64,000 bases of DNA from IMG/VR virus record IMGVR_UViG_3300042691_034899, positions 16,849 to 80,848 of that record; one strand, 5' to 3'. Origin of the DNA: a virus. Shown here in pieces: positions 50,015 to 60,500 of the stretch; position 1 is the first letter of the stretch; every line of letters starts with the position of its first letter. The notes beneath the pieces were generated by a model, which was given only the letters and a program-made list of their open reading frames with translations, searched no databases and was not told where the DNA came from. Position numbers and translations under genes: made by a program.

Positions 50015-50984
50015 TGTAAAAAGTTTTTAAAGCTAATACTGCGTCTTCCTGTGATATGTTTTTAACCGCACATACAACTTCAAATGGTGAAAGTGTACAT
50101 TTCTCATTATCTGTAAGTGGATTAAGTCCGAATATGTGAAGTATTCCAGAATCCCCATATATGTATGCAGAGAATAAACTTGAAGATCCAACTCTTGCTA
50201 GTCTATAATTTCCATTATTGTCAATATCATGGAGTGTAAATAGCCCCGACTCTTCAACTAATTTTAGAACATCAGAAGCCTCTGCATCTTCATTGTACTT
50301 GTTTATTAATTTGTAGCTTGTCTCATCTCCTTCATAAGCTTTCGGCTTTCTGTAGTTGTAATCTAAACTATAAGCTACATCTAACAAGTACTCCACCTCA
50401 CTTTTTGAAAACCAATTCAGACTTTGTCCATAGAATCTAGAATATTGGTGGTGCACAAATACACCATAACTTCCTTTTGACCTAGTCTCTATAACACATT
50501 CAACTGGCTTCTTTAGTAGTATAAGAGATGCTGTATCTTCGTTAGCTCCGTTCTCCAGGAGCTTTTCATATCTTTCGTATAGTTCTGGAATACTTAAAGG
50601 TCTATGTGCAATTTTTCTTGACTTATCTTCATAGTCAGTAAGAAGCCATATATGAAAACCTCCAGATCTTGTTTTGTTTATAAGCATCCTCTTCTTCATA
50701 TCTTCTGGAACTCTGCTCATAAATATGGCCCAAAAGTCATCTGTTGATCTCTGCTTATCTAAATCAAAATCTATACATAGGAGTTTTGAAATGGACCCAG
50801 TTATTGCTATAACTCCTCCACAATCTTTGAAGTAGAAGTCTACTTCTTTCTCTGTCATTAATCTATCTTGAAACTCTTTCCACTTTATCTTTGGCAACTT
50901 TGAACCATCTGATTTTACGGGTATTACAGATATCCCAATTGATATCATTGCCATTGCTTCTTTCCTATAGTCTGTTCTTTCCAT
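49995..50984 (-). CDS. Prim-Pol (AEP) primase domain protein, leaderless
   Basis: ISVIPV...K.P...WKEFQ, ITG..S.LLCIDFD, KTRSGGFH, IETR; TACATTTG-GTAC-ATG. Confidence 0.85.
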   Translation of the reverse strand: MERTDYRKEAMAMISIGISVIPVKSDGSKLPKIKWKEFQDRLMTEKEVDFYFKDCGGVIAITGSISKLLCIDFDLDKQRSTDDFWAIFMSRVPEDMKKRMLINKTRSGGFHIWLLTDYEDKSRKIAHRPLSIPELYERYEKLLENGANEDTASLILLKKPVECVIETRSKGSYGVFVHHQYSRFYGQSLNWFSKSEVEYLLDVAYSLDYNYRKPKAYEGDETSYKLINKYNEDAEASDVLKLVEESGLFTLHDIDNNGNYRLARVGSSSLFSAYIYGDSGILHIFGLNPLTDNEKCTLSPFEVVCAVKNISQEDAVLALKTFYNEQQAI

Positions 50985-50999
50985 GTACCAAATGTAAAT

Positions 51000-51029
51000 A
51001 AAAAAAGGCAGATTTCAAAAACCTGCCTT
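51000..51029 (-). terminator. Intrinsic terminator after the giant-protein operon
   Basis: AAGGCAGG...TCTGCCTTTTTTT on the minus strand. Confidence 0.7.
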
Positions 51030-51049
51030 AAATTATTCTAGAGTGATTA

Positions 51050-54000
51050 TTAATTCTCGTTTGAACCTTCTGGCTCATTGAAGCCTTCTTTGTTTACAAA
51101 TAGTAGTGTATGTCCTTTCTCACCATTAAAATATATGTATGAGTTTATCTGATTTTGAAGATCTGATAGTTGAGCTTGTCTTCTAAATAGTAATGTCTGT
51201 TTAAGAAGCCTACTAGGCTCGCCTTCTTTCCTCTCCTTTGTAAGACCTTTCCATAGATCTTCAACCATACGCATCTGTACAACTGGTTGTTTGTAGATCT
51301 CAGCAAATGTCCCTGGTATACCTATGATGTTTTGAGATTGACTTTCTGATGTTGTTCTTAACGCAATTAACTGTGCTAAATTTTCAACTGCTGTATCATC
51401 GTCATCATCTCCAGTTAATAAGGCATTTGTAAGGAATACTAGAATCATGATACCAATCGCATCAACACCAACTCTTCTTAGATTTGTTTTTTCATGCTCT
51501 TCTAAAACAGCGTTTAATTTTGCGGCTTCATCTTTTGCGAATCTAGACGAAACTAGTTTACCAAAACTTCTTAAAAGTCCAGAGTAATGTCCGCTATCAA
51601 ATTGTCCAGTAGACAAATTAAATTGTTTTCCTTTAAACTTACGAGTTAGGTTTATAATAAAGTAACCTCTGTGAAGTAAAAGTGCATTAGCAATAGCATC
51701 ACGTTGAGCAGCAGTCTTATCAGCCTCAGATATTACAGAGTCAACACTTTGATTTATCTGATTCATCTTAACAATAATCTGATCACTAATAAATCCAAAC
51801 TCTTCATCTGCTCTATCTTGATATTTATCAGCAAATTTCTGGTTATAATTTACTCCTGTTTCAGGATCAATTGTAATGTTGCTATAGAATGTATCTGTAT
51901 TAGCTTTCCATAACGCATCTATTTCACTCTTACTTATGTCCTTCTTATTCATTCTCATGTCTCTTGAGAAGTCATTGTAAGACTTAAAGAATCCATTGTG
52001 GTACTTATAGTCATGAAGTAATGTAAGCATATTCTTAGGAGTAACTGGTAAGTTAGCAAGTCTAGACGCTGCGAAGAATGATCTATTTGCCATCCTAACA
52101 CCCCTCATATATCCAGAATCTGCTAATCTAACTTCAGCTTCATTGATTCCAAAGAATTCCATCAAGTGACTAAGTTCAGAAGTTTTCTTCATACTTCCAG
52201 ATTCAGATACGTATTTAGCTATCATAAGTGGAAGTTGTGTGGTAGCTTTTGCTACACTTGACTTGTGATAAAACTCTCCTGATGCAGCATCAATTAAGTT
52301 GTTGTATACACCAGTTGTATAAGATGTGATATCAGTGATTGGATTCAAGGCAAGGTTTACGTTTCTTACATATGTTGTCAATCTATTAAACAACTGTGTG
52401 AAATCTACCTCTCTTCCAAATACATTGGCTATGAGTTGTCTGTTTTGTCTTATACCATACAAGTGGTAGTCAGCCATTTCTTGAGCCTTATCATAATAAC
52501 CAGATACCTCTCCCTTCTTAAGTACTCTTGACTTAAATGTATTTCCTCCACTATTCTTAAATTTCTGTTGAGATATTTTGTACTCAATAGCCTTTATATC
52601 TCGTTCAGCTTTTAACCTTTCTGTATATCTTATGGAAGATTTTAAATCAACCATGATAGCCTCCAAAGTACTTTCAGTTACTAAAGAAGGATCTTCTAAA
52701 AGTTCTTGATAGTATTTAGGTATTACTTTGATATTAATACCAGTGCCTTCAACTTGTTCACCATATTCTTTCTCATCTATTTTTGATTGAGCAATATCTG
52801 TAAAGAAATCTTTTACACTTGCGCCTAAGTTTCCTCTATGGACAGTTAAAGCTTTCTCCATAGTGTTTTTAGAAATCTGTGGTCTTTGGTATTTATTCCC
52901 TACCGCTTGGTTTCCATAATTGTCAATAGACATCTGTCTTAGATTTGTCATCTTGACAAGGAATTCGTATTCTTCAATATTCTTAGTTGCAGTAAGTTTA
53001 GATATATCCTCATCTTCCAATGCAAGATAGGCCTCTTCACTTATACCATACCTATTAAAGAACTCTTTATTTAACTTTTGAGGCTGATTCATTTGACCCT
53101 TTGCCTTAAAGTTAGGGTTGATGTATTCTTTATTGTTTACATCTTCACTCCAAGAATATTCAGGAGTTATATCAATAAATCTAAGAGCAGGAAACTTTGC
53201 AATAGCTGCTTGCTTATTGTTAAAGAATTCAGACATAGGCACTTCTCCAGATCTTAAAGCTTCAATAGCTTCTGTATAACCTTGTGGTTGAAATCTTTTA
53301 AAATAACTCGCTACATTTCTTTTAGCATATTCATCTTTCAATGTTTCTATAATCTCAGATACAGTCTTCCCTTCAAGCCTTCCTTCTTCAGCCATCTGAG
53401 CTACAAAATCATCGTAGTTTCTTTTTATGTATGTCCGCTTACCCTTTATGTAGTCATCGATTTGCATAGCAAACTCTTGAGTCCTAACCTTATTTCTATC
53501 AGACATGTGCATAAGAGAGAAGTCAAATACTGATTTCCCACTTTCAATTAACATCTTCTGGAAGTCCTCATTTAACTCTACCTCAGTAGATTCTAGAGAT
53601 CCTGTCTCTTCTAGAATTTCATAAGGAATACCAAGTGAAATTCTTATATCAGCAATTTCTCCATCCAAATCTTGAAGTGTCTTTTTTGTCTGTGTTGTCA
53701 TGCCATGGGCATCAACTTCTATAGAACTCTTAGGACTTTTGTTTTGCTTAAGTATTTCTTTTCTTTTTCTTTGAGTTTCAATCAAATCATTCAACAAAAC
53801 TTGCTTTAAAAATCTAGTTTCATCATCCTCAATCTGATTAATATAATTTTGAGCTACATCATTGAATGTTACAGGCGTTCCTAAGTTGTCGTAAAACTCA
53901 CTGTTAAGGCCCATTGAAGCATTGGATATTACCCAGTCATAAGCTATTTCTCCACTATCTTCTATTTCTTTTATGTTATCAAGAAACTGTTGAATAGGGT

Positions 54001-56830
54001 TATTATTCCTAGCTTTAGATTTTAGCTCTTCCCGATATATCATATCAAGATTAAATAAGTCTAAAGCTCTTCTTGATTCTATTGGAAGATCTTCTATGTT
54101 TTGACCATCCTCTAATATTGTAAGTTCACCAATAAAATCTGGATCTAATTCAAATGGAAGATTAGCAATTTGATCTGGAGTTAACTCAGAAACTCTTACT
54201 CTTTTAATTCCAGACTTTAAATTTCCAGATGCGTCATACGCACTCTTTACCGCAAGGTGTTGTCTGAATTCACCTCTATCTTCGATTCTTTCAGACTCTG
54301 TTTGTTCACTAAGATCTATTGTACCATCTGGTCTTACATACTTTTTTCTTCTAGCTAATCTACCAATATTCTTTTTAGAAAGGTAATCTCTAGTTTCTTT
54401 TGACACATTTGCTTTATCAAATCTAGCGTCTCTTTCTTTGTAGTAAGCATCTGTAAATCTTCTTTCCTTACCAACTTCATCCTTCCAGTTTTTTACCTCT
54501 TCAAGATAATCTGCATAAAGAGTTTCGTCTTTTATTATCTCGGATATAGTTAACGTATCTCTAAGCTTTTCTACTTCTGTAGCAGTTTTACCTGACATTC
54601 TAGCTATAACCTCATTCTGCTTCTTTCTAAGTTCAGAGTCATACCATGCGTAATCTCTTGGTGATAAGAAGTAGTTAGTTAACTTACCATTTGCATCTCT
54701 GTGAATAATGCTTCTACCATATTTATTTAAACCTCTTCTATCAATGTCAGCTATCTCTCTATTCATAATAGAGTTAAACTTTCTATTTGTATTTGAAGCA
54801 ATCTTAGTAACAGCAATTGACATTAACTGCATGGCCAAGTTCTTACTATGACTTGAAAGGCCAAACATCTTTCCTAAGAATCCAATGTCTCTAAAGTTAC
54901 CTTCAAGACTAGCTCTAATTTCAGCTCTTTGCTCATCTGTTACAGAGAAGTGATCTAGCATTTTCATCAACATCCTGTCAACAAATGATAACTTATCCGT
55001 ATTCATAAGTGGACTTACTCTTGACATCTTGATAGGAAGCTGCTCAGATGCAGTTATCAAATCATCTGTTCTCTTAAGTAGTTTAGGATCTGTAACGCCC
55101 ATCTCAGCTGCCTTACCTTTTAGTTGAGATATGATATTCTCAATTGTTGGTAGCATGTTGTTTTTTAATATCTCATACCTATGAGTATCTTTTGTTGAGA
55201 ATAGTTCATTATTTCTAGAAGACTCTGCGATATTCTCCGCTAATACGTTCAACTGATTCTCTGCAATTCCAACAATAGTATTTACAGAACTTAAGATATC
55301 GATGTAACCATTGGTTTCAATCATCTTATCTAAGTCGGCCTGATTAGGTGTTGGCTGTTCTAATGCTCTTGAAAATAAGTCTTCTACTATTCTTTTTGCA
55401 ATACCTAGTTCATCTTCGATAGCTCTACTATCTTGACTCATTGCACTGTAAAAGAAGTTATCCTCTTCTGTAAACTCTGTTTGGAAGTCTTCCATATTTT
55501 TAGAGAATACACTGTCAGCTATTCTTTTATTCAGATCATCTATTGCGGACCTGTGAAATGCTTTTGTATTATTAGACAGAAGATTTGAGAACCAGTCCCA
55601 CAAATTACTTAAGAAATTTATGACAGAAGACTGTTGTGGAGTTTTACCTTCAGTGCTAAATCTGTTTTGGAATTCTCTACTAAGGATCTTACCAAGTATC
55701 TCTTTGTTTACTCGATCTTCTAATTCTTGACCTTTAAAAAACTCAGAGTATTTGTTCCTGTAGTACTCACTAAACTCAGCATACTCTTCAGTCATGTGTA
55801 CATTTCGAAGAGCTTCAGCTATAGAGTTCTGATCAGAATAAGCTTCAATAGCTATGTGAGCTACCTCCTCGCTTAAATCCTCAATTGTTATCCTCCCTTC
55901 AGCAAATGCAACAACTCTATTTGATAAATCTGCTATTGCTTGAATGTCAGCATCCTGACCGTACCTTGTCTTATATGATTTTCTATATGCTTCTAATGTA
56001 GTTACTGAAAATCCAAGGCTCTCAAGAAATGCAAAGAGAGAATTCTCCATTGCTTTTAAATCAGCTGGCGTAGCTTCTTTTTTATTTGATACAACAGTTA
56101 ATGGCCTTGGATTATCATGCTCAACCATGAACTCAACCATAAGATCAGCTGCATTTTCTACATCTGGATTTTCTTTAATGTATTCAGGAATCTGCTCAGT
56201 TCTAAGTACTTCAGTAGTCCCATCGGCATTCATAGCTTCAGTGTACCCAACAGAGAACTCAATATCTATAGTCCCATCTTTATTTACATTGACTCTTCCA
56301 TTACCAGTTTCTGCTGCTAAGTCATTAGCTACGAAAAGTGATGTTACTACTCTTGTTGTAACGTACTCTCCTTTTCCTTTAAATCTAGTAACTCCATCTT
56401 CTCCAAGAACCCTATCTGCTGAAAGAAGCCCTTCTCTTACCTTTGATGCAAGAAATTCATTACGCTCACTTCCTTTTGTTGTGAACTTTGCAACTGGCAT
56501 ATACTCACCATCTTTAGGGTTTTTGAATCCCATAGATACATCACCGAAGTCTTCATTTATAAGAAGTTCTTCTAGATTGTCATATTCCTTGTTACTGGAA
56601 GCTCTATAATAAAGTAGTGGTTCTCCAGTATCGTATTTATTCATATCCGACTCAGAGAACATTTGCTCTACTTTATCTGTAAAAGCATTTGTATAAATTT
56701 TCAAAGATGTCTCAGCATCAGCTAAAAATATATTGGAGTGAATTGCATCAAATAGTTTTGATCTTACTCCATCTTTAGTAAGTACTTCGTTTATCTTTCC
56801 GTCATCGGTTCTGTTTATGAGACAAGCCAT
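51050..56830 (-). CDS. Giant (1926-aa) putative internal virion/ejection protein
   Basis: Size, helical composition, degenerate zincin EEVAH, hydrophobic segment near the C-terminus, MAC start. Confidence 0.6.
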   Translation of the reverse strand: MACLINRTDDGKINEVLTKDGVRSKLFDAIHSNIFLADAETSLKIYTNAFTDKVEQMFSESDMNKYDTGEPLLYYRASSNKEYDNLEELLINEDFGDVSMGFKNPKDGEYMPVAKFTTKGSERNEFLASKVREGLLSADRVLGEDGVTRFKGKGEYVTTRVVTSLFVANDLAAETGNGRVNVNKDGTIDIEFSVGYTEAMNADGTTEVLRTEQIPEYIKENPDVENAADLMVEFMVEHDNPRPLTVVSNKKEATPADLKAMENSLFAFLESLGFSVTTLEAYRKSYKTRYGQDADIQAIADLSNRVVAFAEGRITIEDLSEEVAHIAIEAYSDQNSIAEALRNVHMTEEYAEFSEYYRNKYSEFFKGQELEDRVNKEILGKILSREFQNRFSTEGKTPQQSSVINFLSNLWDWFSNLLSNNTKAFHRSAIDDLNKRIADSVFSKNMEDFQTEFTEEDNFFYSAMSQDSRAIEDELGIAKRIVEDLFSRALEQPTPNQADLDKMIETNGYIDILSSVNTIVGIAENQLNVLAENIAESSRNNELFSTKDTHRYEILKNNMLPTIENIISQLKGKAAEMGVTDPKLLKRTDDLITASEQLPIKMSRVSPLMNTDKLSFVDRMLMKMLDHFSVTDEQRAEIRASLEGNFRDIGFLGKMFGLSSHSKNLAMQLMSIAVTKIASNTNRKFNSIMNREIADIDRRGLNKYGRSIIHRDANGKLTNYFLSPRDYAWYDSELRKKQNEVIARMSGKTATEVEKLRDTLTISEIIKDETLYADYLEEVKNWKDEVGKERRFTDAYYKERDARFDKANVSKETRDYLSKKNIGRLARRKKYVRPDGTIDLSEQTESERIEDRGEFRQHLAVKSAYDASGNLKSGIKRVRVSELTPDQIANLPFELDPDFIGELTILEDGQNIEDLPIESRRALDLFNLDMIYREELKSKARNNNPIQQFLDNIKEIEDSGEIAYDWVISNASMGLNSEFYDNLGTPVTFNDVAQNYINQIEDDETRFLKQVLLNDLIETQRKRKEILKQNKSPKSSIEVDAHGMTTQTKKTLQDLDGEIADIRISLGIPYEILEETGSLESTEVELNEDFQKMLIESGKSVFDFSLMHMSDRNKVRTQEFAMQIDDYIKGKRTYIKRNYDDFVAQMAEEGRLEGKTVSEIIETLKDEYAKRNVASYFKRFQPQGYTEAIEALRSGEVPMSEFFNNKQAAIAKFPALRFIDITPEYSWSEDVNNKEYINPNFKAKGQMNQPQKLNKEFFNRYGISEEAYLALEDEDISKLTATKNIEEYEFLVKMTNLRQMSIDNYGNQAVGNKYQRPQISKNTMEKALTVHRGNLGASVKDFFTDIAQSKIDEKEYGEQVEGTGINIKVIPKYYQELLEDPSLVTESTLEAIMVDLKSSIRYTERLKAERDIKAIEYKISQQKFKNSGGNTFKSRVLKKGEVSGYYDKAQEMADYHLYGIRQNRQLIANVFGREVDFTQLFNRLTTYVRNVNLALNPITDITSYTTGVYNNLIDAASGEFYHKSSVAKATTQLPLMIAKYVSESGSMKKTSELSHLMEFFGINEAEVRLADSGYMRGVRMANRSFFAASRLANLPVTPKNMLTLLHDYKYHNGFFKSYNDFSRDMRMNKKDISKSEIDALWKANTDTFYSNITIDPETGVNYNQKFADKYQDRADEEFGFISDQIIVKMNQINQSVDSVISEADKTAAQRDAIANALLLHRGYFIINLTRKFKGKQFNLSTGQFDSGHYSGLLRSFGKLVSSRFAKDEAAKLNAVLEEHEKTNLRRVGVDAIGIMILVFLTNALLTGDDDDDTAVENLAQLIALRTTSESQSQNIIGIPGTFAEIYKQPVVQMRMVEDLWKGLTKERKEGEPSRLLKQTLLFRRQAQLSDLQNQINSYIYFNGEKGHTLLFVNKEGFNEPEGSNEN

Positions 56831-56851
56831 CTTATAATTTATATTTAATAA

Positions 56852-57544
56852 TTAGACACAATCTTCACACGTATTGTATGAAGGCCATGTTATAGTTGGG
56901 TTTAATCCTGTTGTATGTTGAAATGTATAGCAGTTTCCATTATTTGCTAACATAACAATTCCTGTTACATTAACACCTGACAGTACGCTAACGATTTCAA
57001 ATTCATCTGTAGTTCCACATCTTAGTACTACATACTTTGTAAATTCTACTCTTGGTTGAGGAGATGGTGGTGGAGCTGGTGTACATTCGTCACCACACAA
57101 TCCTGGATAAACTGGTTCTGGAACGCAGCTAGGAGCTTTATCTTCTCTAAGATCACAAGTGTAATTGATCATCTGTTGAAAGGTTCTTCTTCCAACAAGC
57201 TTCATTTTCTGACCACTCTTTACAGCATTTAAATCTACAGAGGTAGTTGAATTTCCATCAAGTCTTTGTATTTGATAATAATACCTTTGAGCAGTATAAG
57301 AATTTATTCTTTTTATTACTCTGTAAAGTAAGCCTAGACTTCCTACTTGAAAAACTTCTCCATCGTCTAACTGATCCAATGTTCCAATGTAAGTTTTAGA
57401 ACCTACCTTATTCATTGTCTCAGTGACTTTAGTTACTACAACTCTTACTGTATGAGCCATTGTAAAGTCAGAGATCGACATGTCTACACCAGGTAGCATA
57501 GACCTCTTTAATATTATTTTATCTTTATCTTCGTTATGCTCCAC
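56852..57544 (-). CDS. Hypothetical protein with a Pro/Cys-rich C-terminus
   Basis: CVPEPVYPGLCGDECTPAPPPSPQP...TCEDCV. Confidence 0.6.
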   Translation of the reverse strand: MEHNEDKDKIILKRSMLPGVDMSISDFTMAHTVRVVVTKVTETMNKVGSKTYIGTLDQLDDGEVFQVGSLGLLYRVIKRINSYTAQRYYYQIQRLDGNSTTSVDLNAVKSGQKMKLVGRRTFQQMINYTCDLREDKAPSCVPEPVYPGLCGDECTPAPPPSPQPRVEFTKYVVLRCGTTDEFEIVSVLSGVNVTGIVMLANNGNCYTFQHTTGLNPTITWPSYNTCEDCV

Positions 57545-60500
57545 AGTCGTTTATATCTTTAAGAATCTCTGCTTCTTCTTTTGTTGAATACAAATCTAAT
57601 AATTCTAATCGAGAATCAAAAATAGTTGCAATATTTTCTACACTTTTTGATGGAGATACTTCCATAAAGGTTACAACTGGTTTTGTTCCATCTTCAACTG
57701 TAAGCTGAGTAGCTATCCATTCATTTCCTGCGTTGTCTGTTACTACAGTAGCATCTGGCCTATTTGTTTTGAACAACTCATTTAGCTCTTCATATTTTCT
57801 AAGAACTGTTTGCTGCTCACTACTCATATCATCAATATCAAAATCTTCTATGTTTGTTGCTAATAAAGCATAACCATCTGGTTGATTAAATATCTCAGTA
57901 TTAATACTATCGAATGATACTAATGCGTCTCCATCGTACCATCCATAAATAGTATATCCGAAATCCTCAAGGAATTGCTGTGCAGTACCAGTAGTTCTCT
58001 CGAAATAATTTTCTAATTCAAATTCAAGTGCATCTTCAGTGAAGTAGTAACTTTTAGTTTCTAAAGTTCCAACAAATTCATTAGCTTCAGTTTCAGAATC
58101 AAGCTCTCCAACTGTTTCTCCTGGTTGTCCTAATAATTCAGTGTCAATAACTCGCCATGTATTATCATCTACTTGAGCAATTTCATATCTAGAGTATCTA
58201 AATTTTTCCAGATTAAGATTTGGTAATATCGAATATCTATAATCACTAATAGATTCTAACTTATCTATTGTATATACTTTTTCATAGTCTATAAAATCCT
58301 CTACTTCAGATTTAGAGTTTCGGACTTGTTCATATATGTCATCGCTTCTTAAATCATAAGGATTAACCCAATATACATTATCAGAATTTGCTACTTCTAT
58401 TATTGAAGAATCAGAGTAAGTAACAAAGTAAGTAGTTCCAGCATATTCAATTTGATCTCCTGGCTCTAGATAGTTTTCATTGCCTCTAACTATTTCATAT
58501 GGTGCGTTTCCTTCAGGCTCTATATAACCTTCAATAAGTGCTAGTGTTCTTGGAGTTGGAATTCTTAACTCTTTCATACCAAGCTCTGCACTTCTTTTTA
58601 TCTCTTCTCTTAAAAGCCTTTCTGTATAGTTCTTTCTATGAGCAATAAATTGCTTATCTCTTAGTGATGCAGCATCAAGAAGTTTATCTTCTAATTTTGT
58701 AACTTCTCTTGAAGCATTGAAGAAATTAGCATACGCTTTAGGATCTACTTTTACTTCTTCTAAAGTTTCTTCTTTGTATCTATCGAAAGCTTCTTCTATA
58801 GAGTAGAATTCTACATCATCTGTCTTTAATCTATATGATCTCAAAGGTACAACTTCAAACTTTATTTCAGCATCTAATGGAAGGTCATTTACTGCTGGAC
58901 TTCCTGCTATTTTGAATATATAAGCTGACCAATACTTAGAATATTCTGCATTTAATTCTTTTAACTCTTCATTAATTGAATCATACTTTGCTTGATCTTC
59001 TTCATTTAGAATACCTTCTTTCCAATATTTGTTTTCTAAAACTTCTATCTCGTTTTCAAGTCTGTCATAATCTCTGTTATTTCTAACTTCAGCTTGAGCA
59101 TCTTTGAGTCTACCTATTTGTCTATCTAATTCTGCAAGATTTTCAGGTGTCCTTCCTTTGTCTTTTAAAAGTATTAACTCTAAACCTAAATCTTGTCTCT
59201 TTTCAAATGCTTCTTTAGCTCCAAGCTTGCTTACAATAGGAAGCTCTTTTTCTAATACACTAATTAATTCAGATAATTTTATTCCTTTCTCTCTTTTTTT
59301 GAATAACTCATTTAAAGTTGGGTAATCTTCAATTCTAAAGTCTCCTATATCAACTGCTTTAAATGTTTCTTCTATTTGTTCTAATACGTAATCAAAATCA
59401 GATGTTATCTTACTTATAGTTGAACTTGGTTTTCTATCTTTTTTTAGTTCAAAGGCTATTCCAACTCTATTTATATATCTAGTAGCTTCTTCATTGCCTA
59501 ATTTTATTTTGTAAGATCTTGTATTTTTTTCTATTATATCTATTTCATTAAAAGGTAATTGAATAGCCCCTATTTGATTAGTAAATGATCCTGGATCATC
59601 GTTTGTCCAACTAACCATTTCTGGAAGAGTTACCTCTTGACCCTTAGCAATATTCATTAATTGCTCTAGCTTTTGTTTGGTAAGTTTAACTCTCCTCGTT
59701 TGAGCACTAGACTCCATACTAGACATGAACCGATTATAGTGAGACTCTGGAGATTTATCTCTATCTCCGTATAGATCTACAAACTTTTTCTTTTGTTCTT
59801 CAATTGAAGCTTCAGTTCTAGCTATATATGCCATTGTTTCGGAGATCTCTTCCGATAACTCTTTTACATTTTTATACTCACCTTGATTCTTTTTCGCCTT
59901 ATCAATGATCTGCTTATTCTCTTGTATCTTAGCGAATATAGGTTTCTGAGCTTCTGTAAGTCTACTTGAATCAGAGTTATAAGATGCTAGTAATAAATCT
60001 GTAGCTTTAGCTTTTTGATAAGAATCAGATTGGAACTCTGCTCCGTATGCTATGCCTTCTTCGTTATTATACCACATTCTTGAGTGACCAAATAGACCTT
60101 TATTTATACTTCTAGCATTATCATAATTGTCTATCCATGCCTGTGCTCTTTCTCTAGATGAAGCTGCGTTGTATACTTTTTCGTTTATATTTTCATTCGT
60201 AAGTACAGCATCTTGTTCGACAACAAAGAATGTGCCTTGCATTTCTCTTATTTCAAAATCAATACCCTCAGCAGCTTCAAAATCTGGTCTAAAATGTCCT
60301 GTTGCTTGATGGTCTAAATCAGTATTGAATATGTGAGTTTCATATTTTGTAGCTCCAGTGTCTACATTACCTGATCCATAAGAAGCGTATGTAGAAGATA
60401 CAATAACTTTTAGTGGCATCATTCTAGCATTTACCTCAGCTTTGAAATCATCAAAAGGTATTTTATCTTTTCCTTTGAAGTATTCTAATTCAAGAACTTC

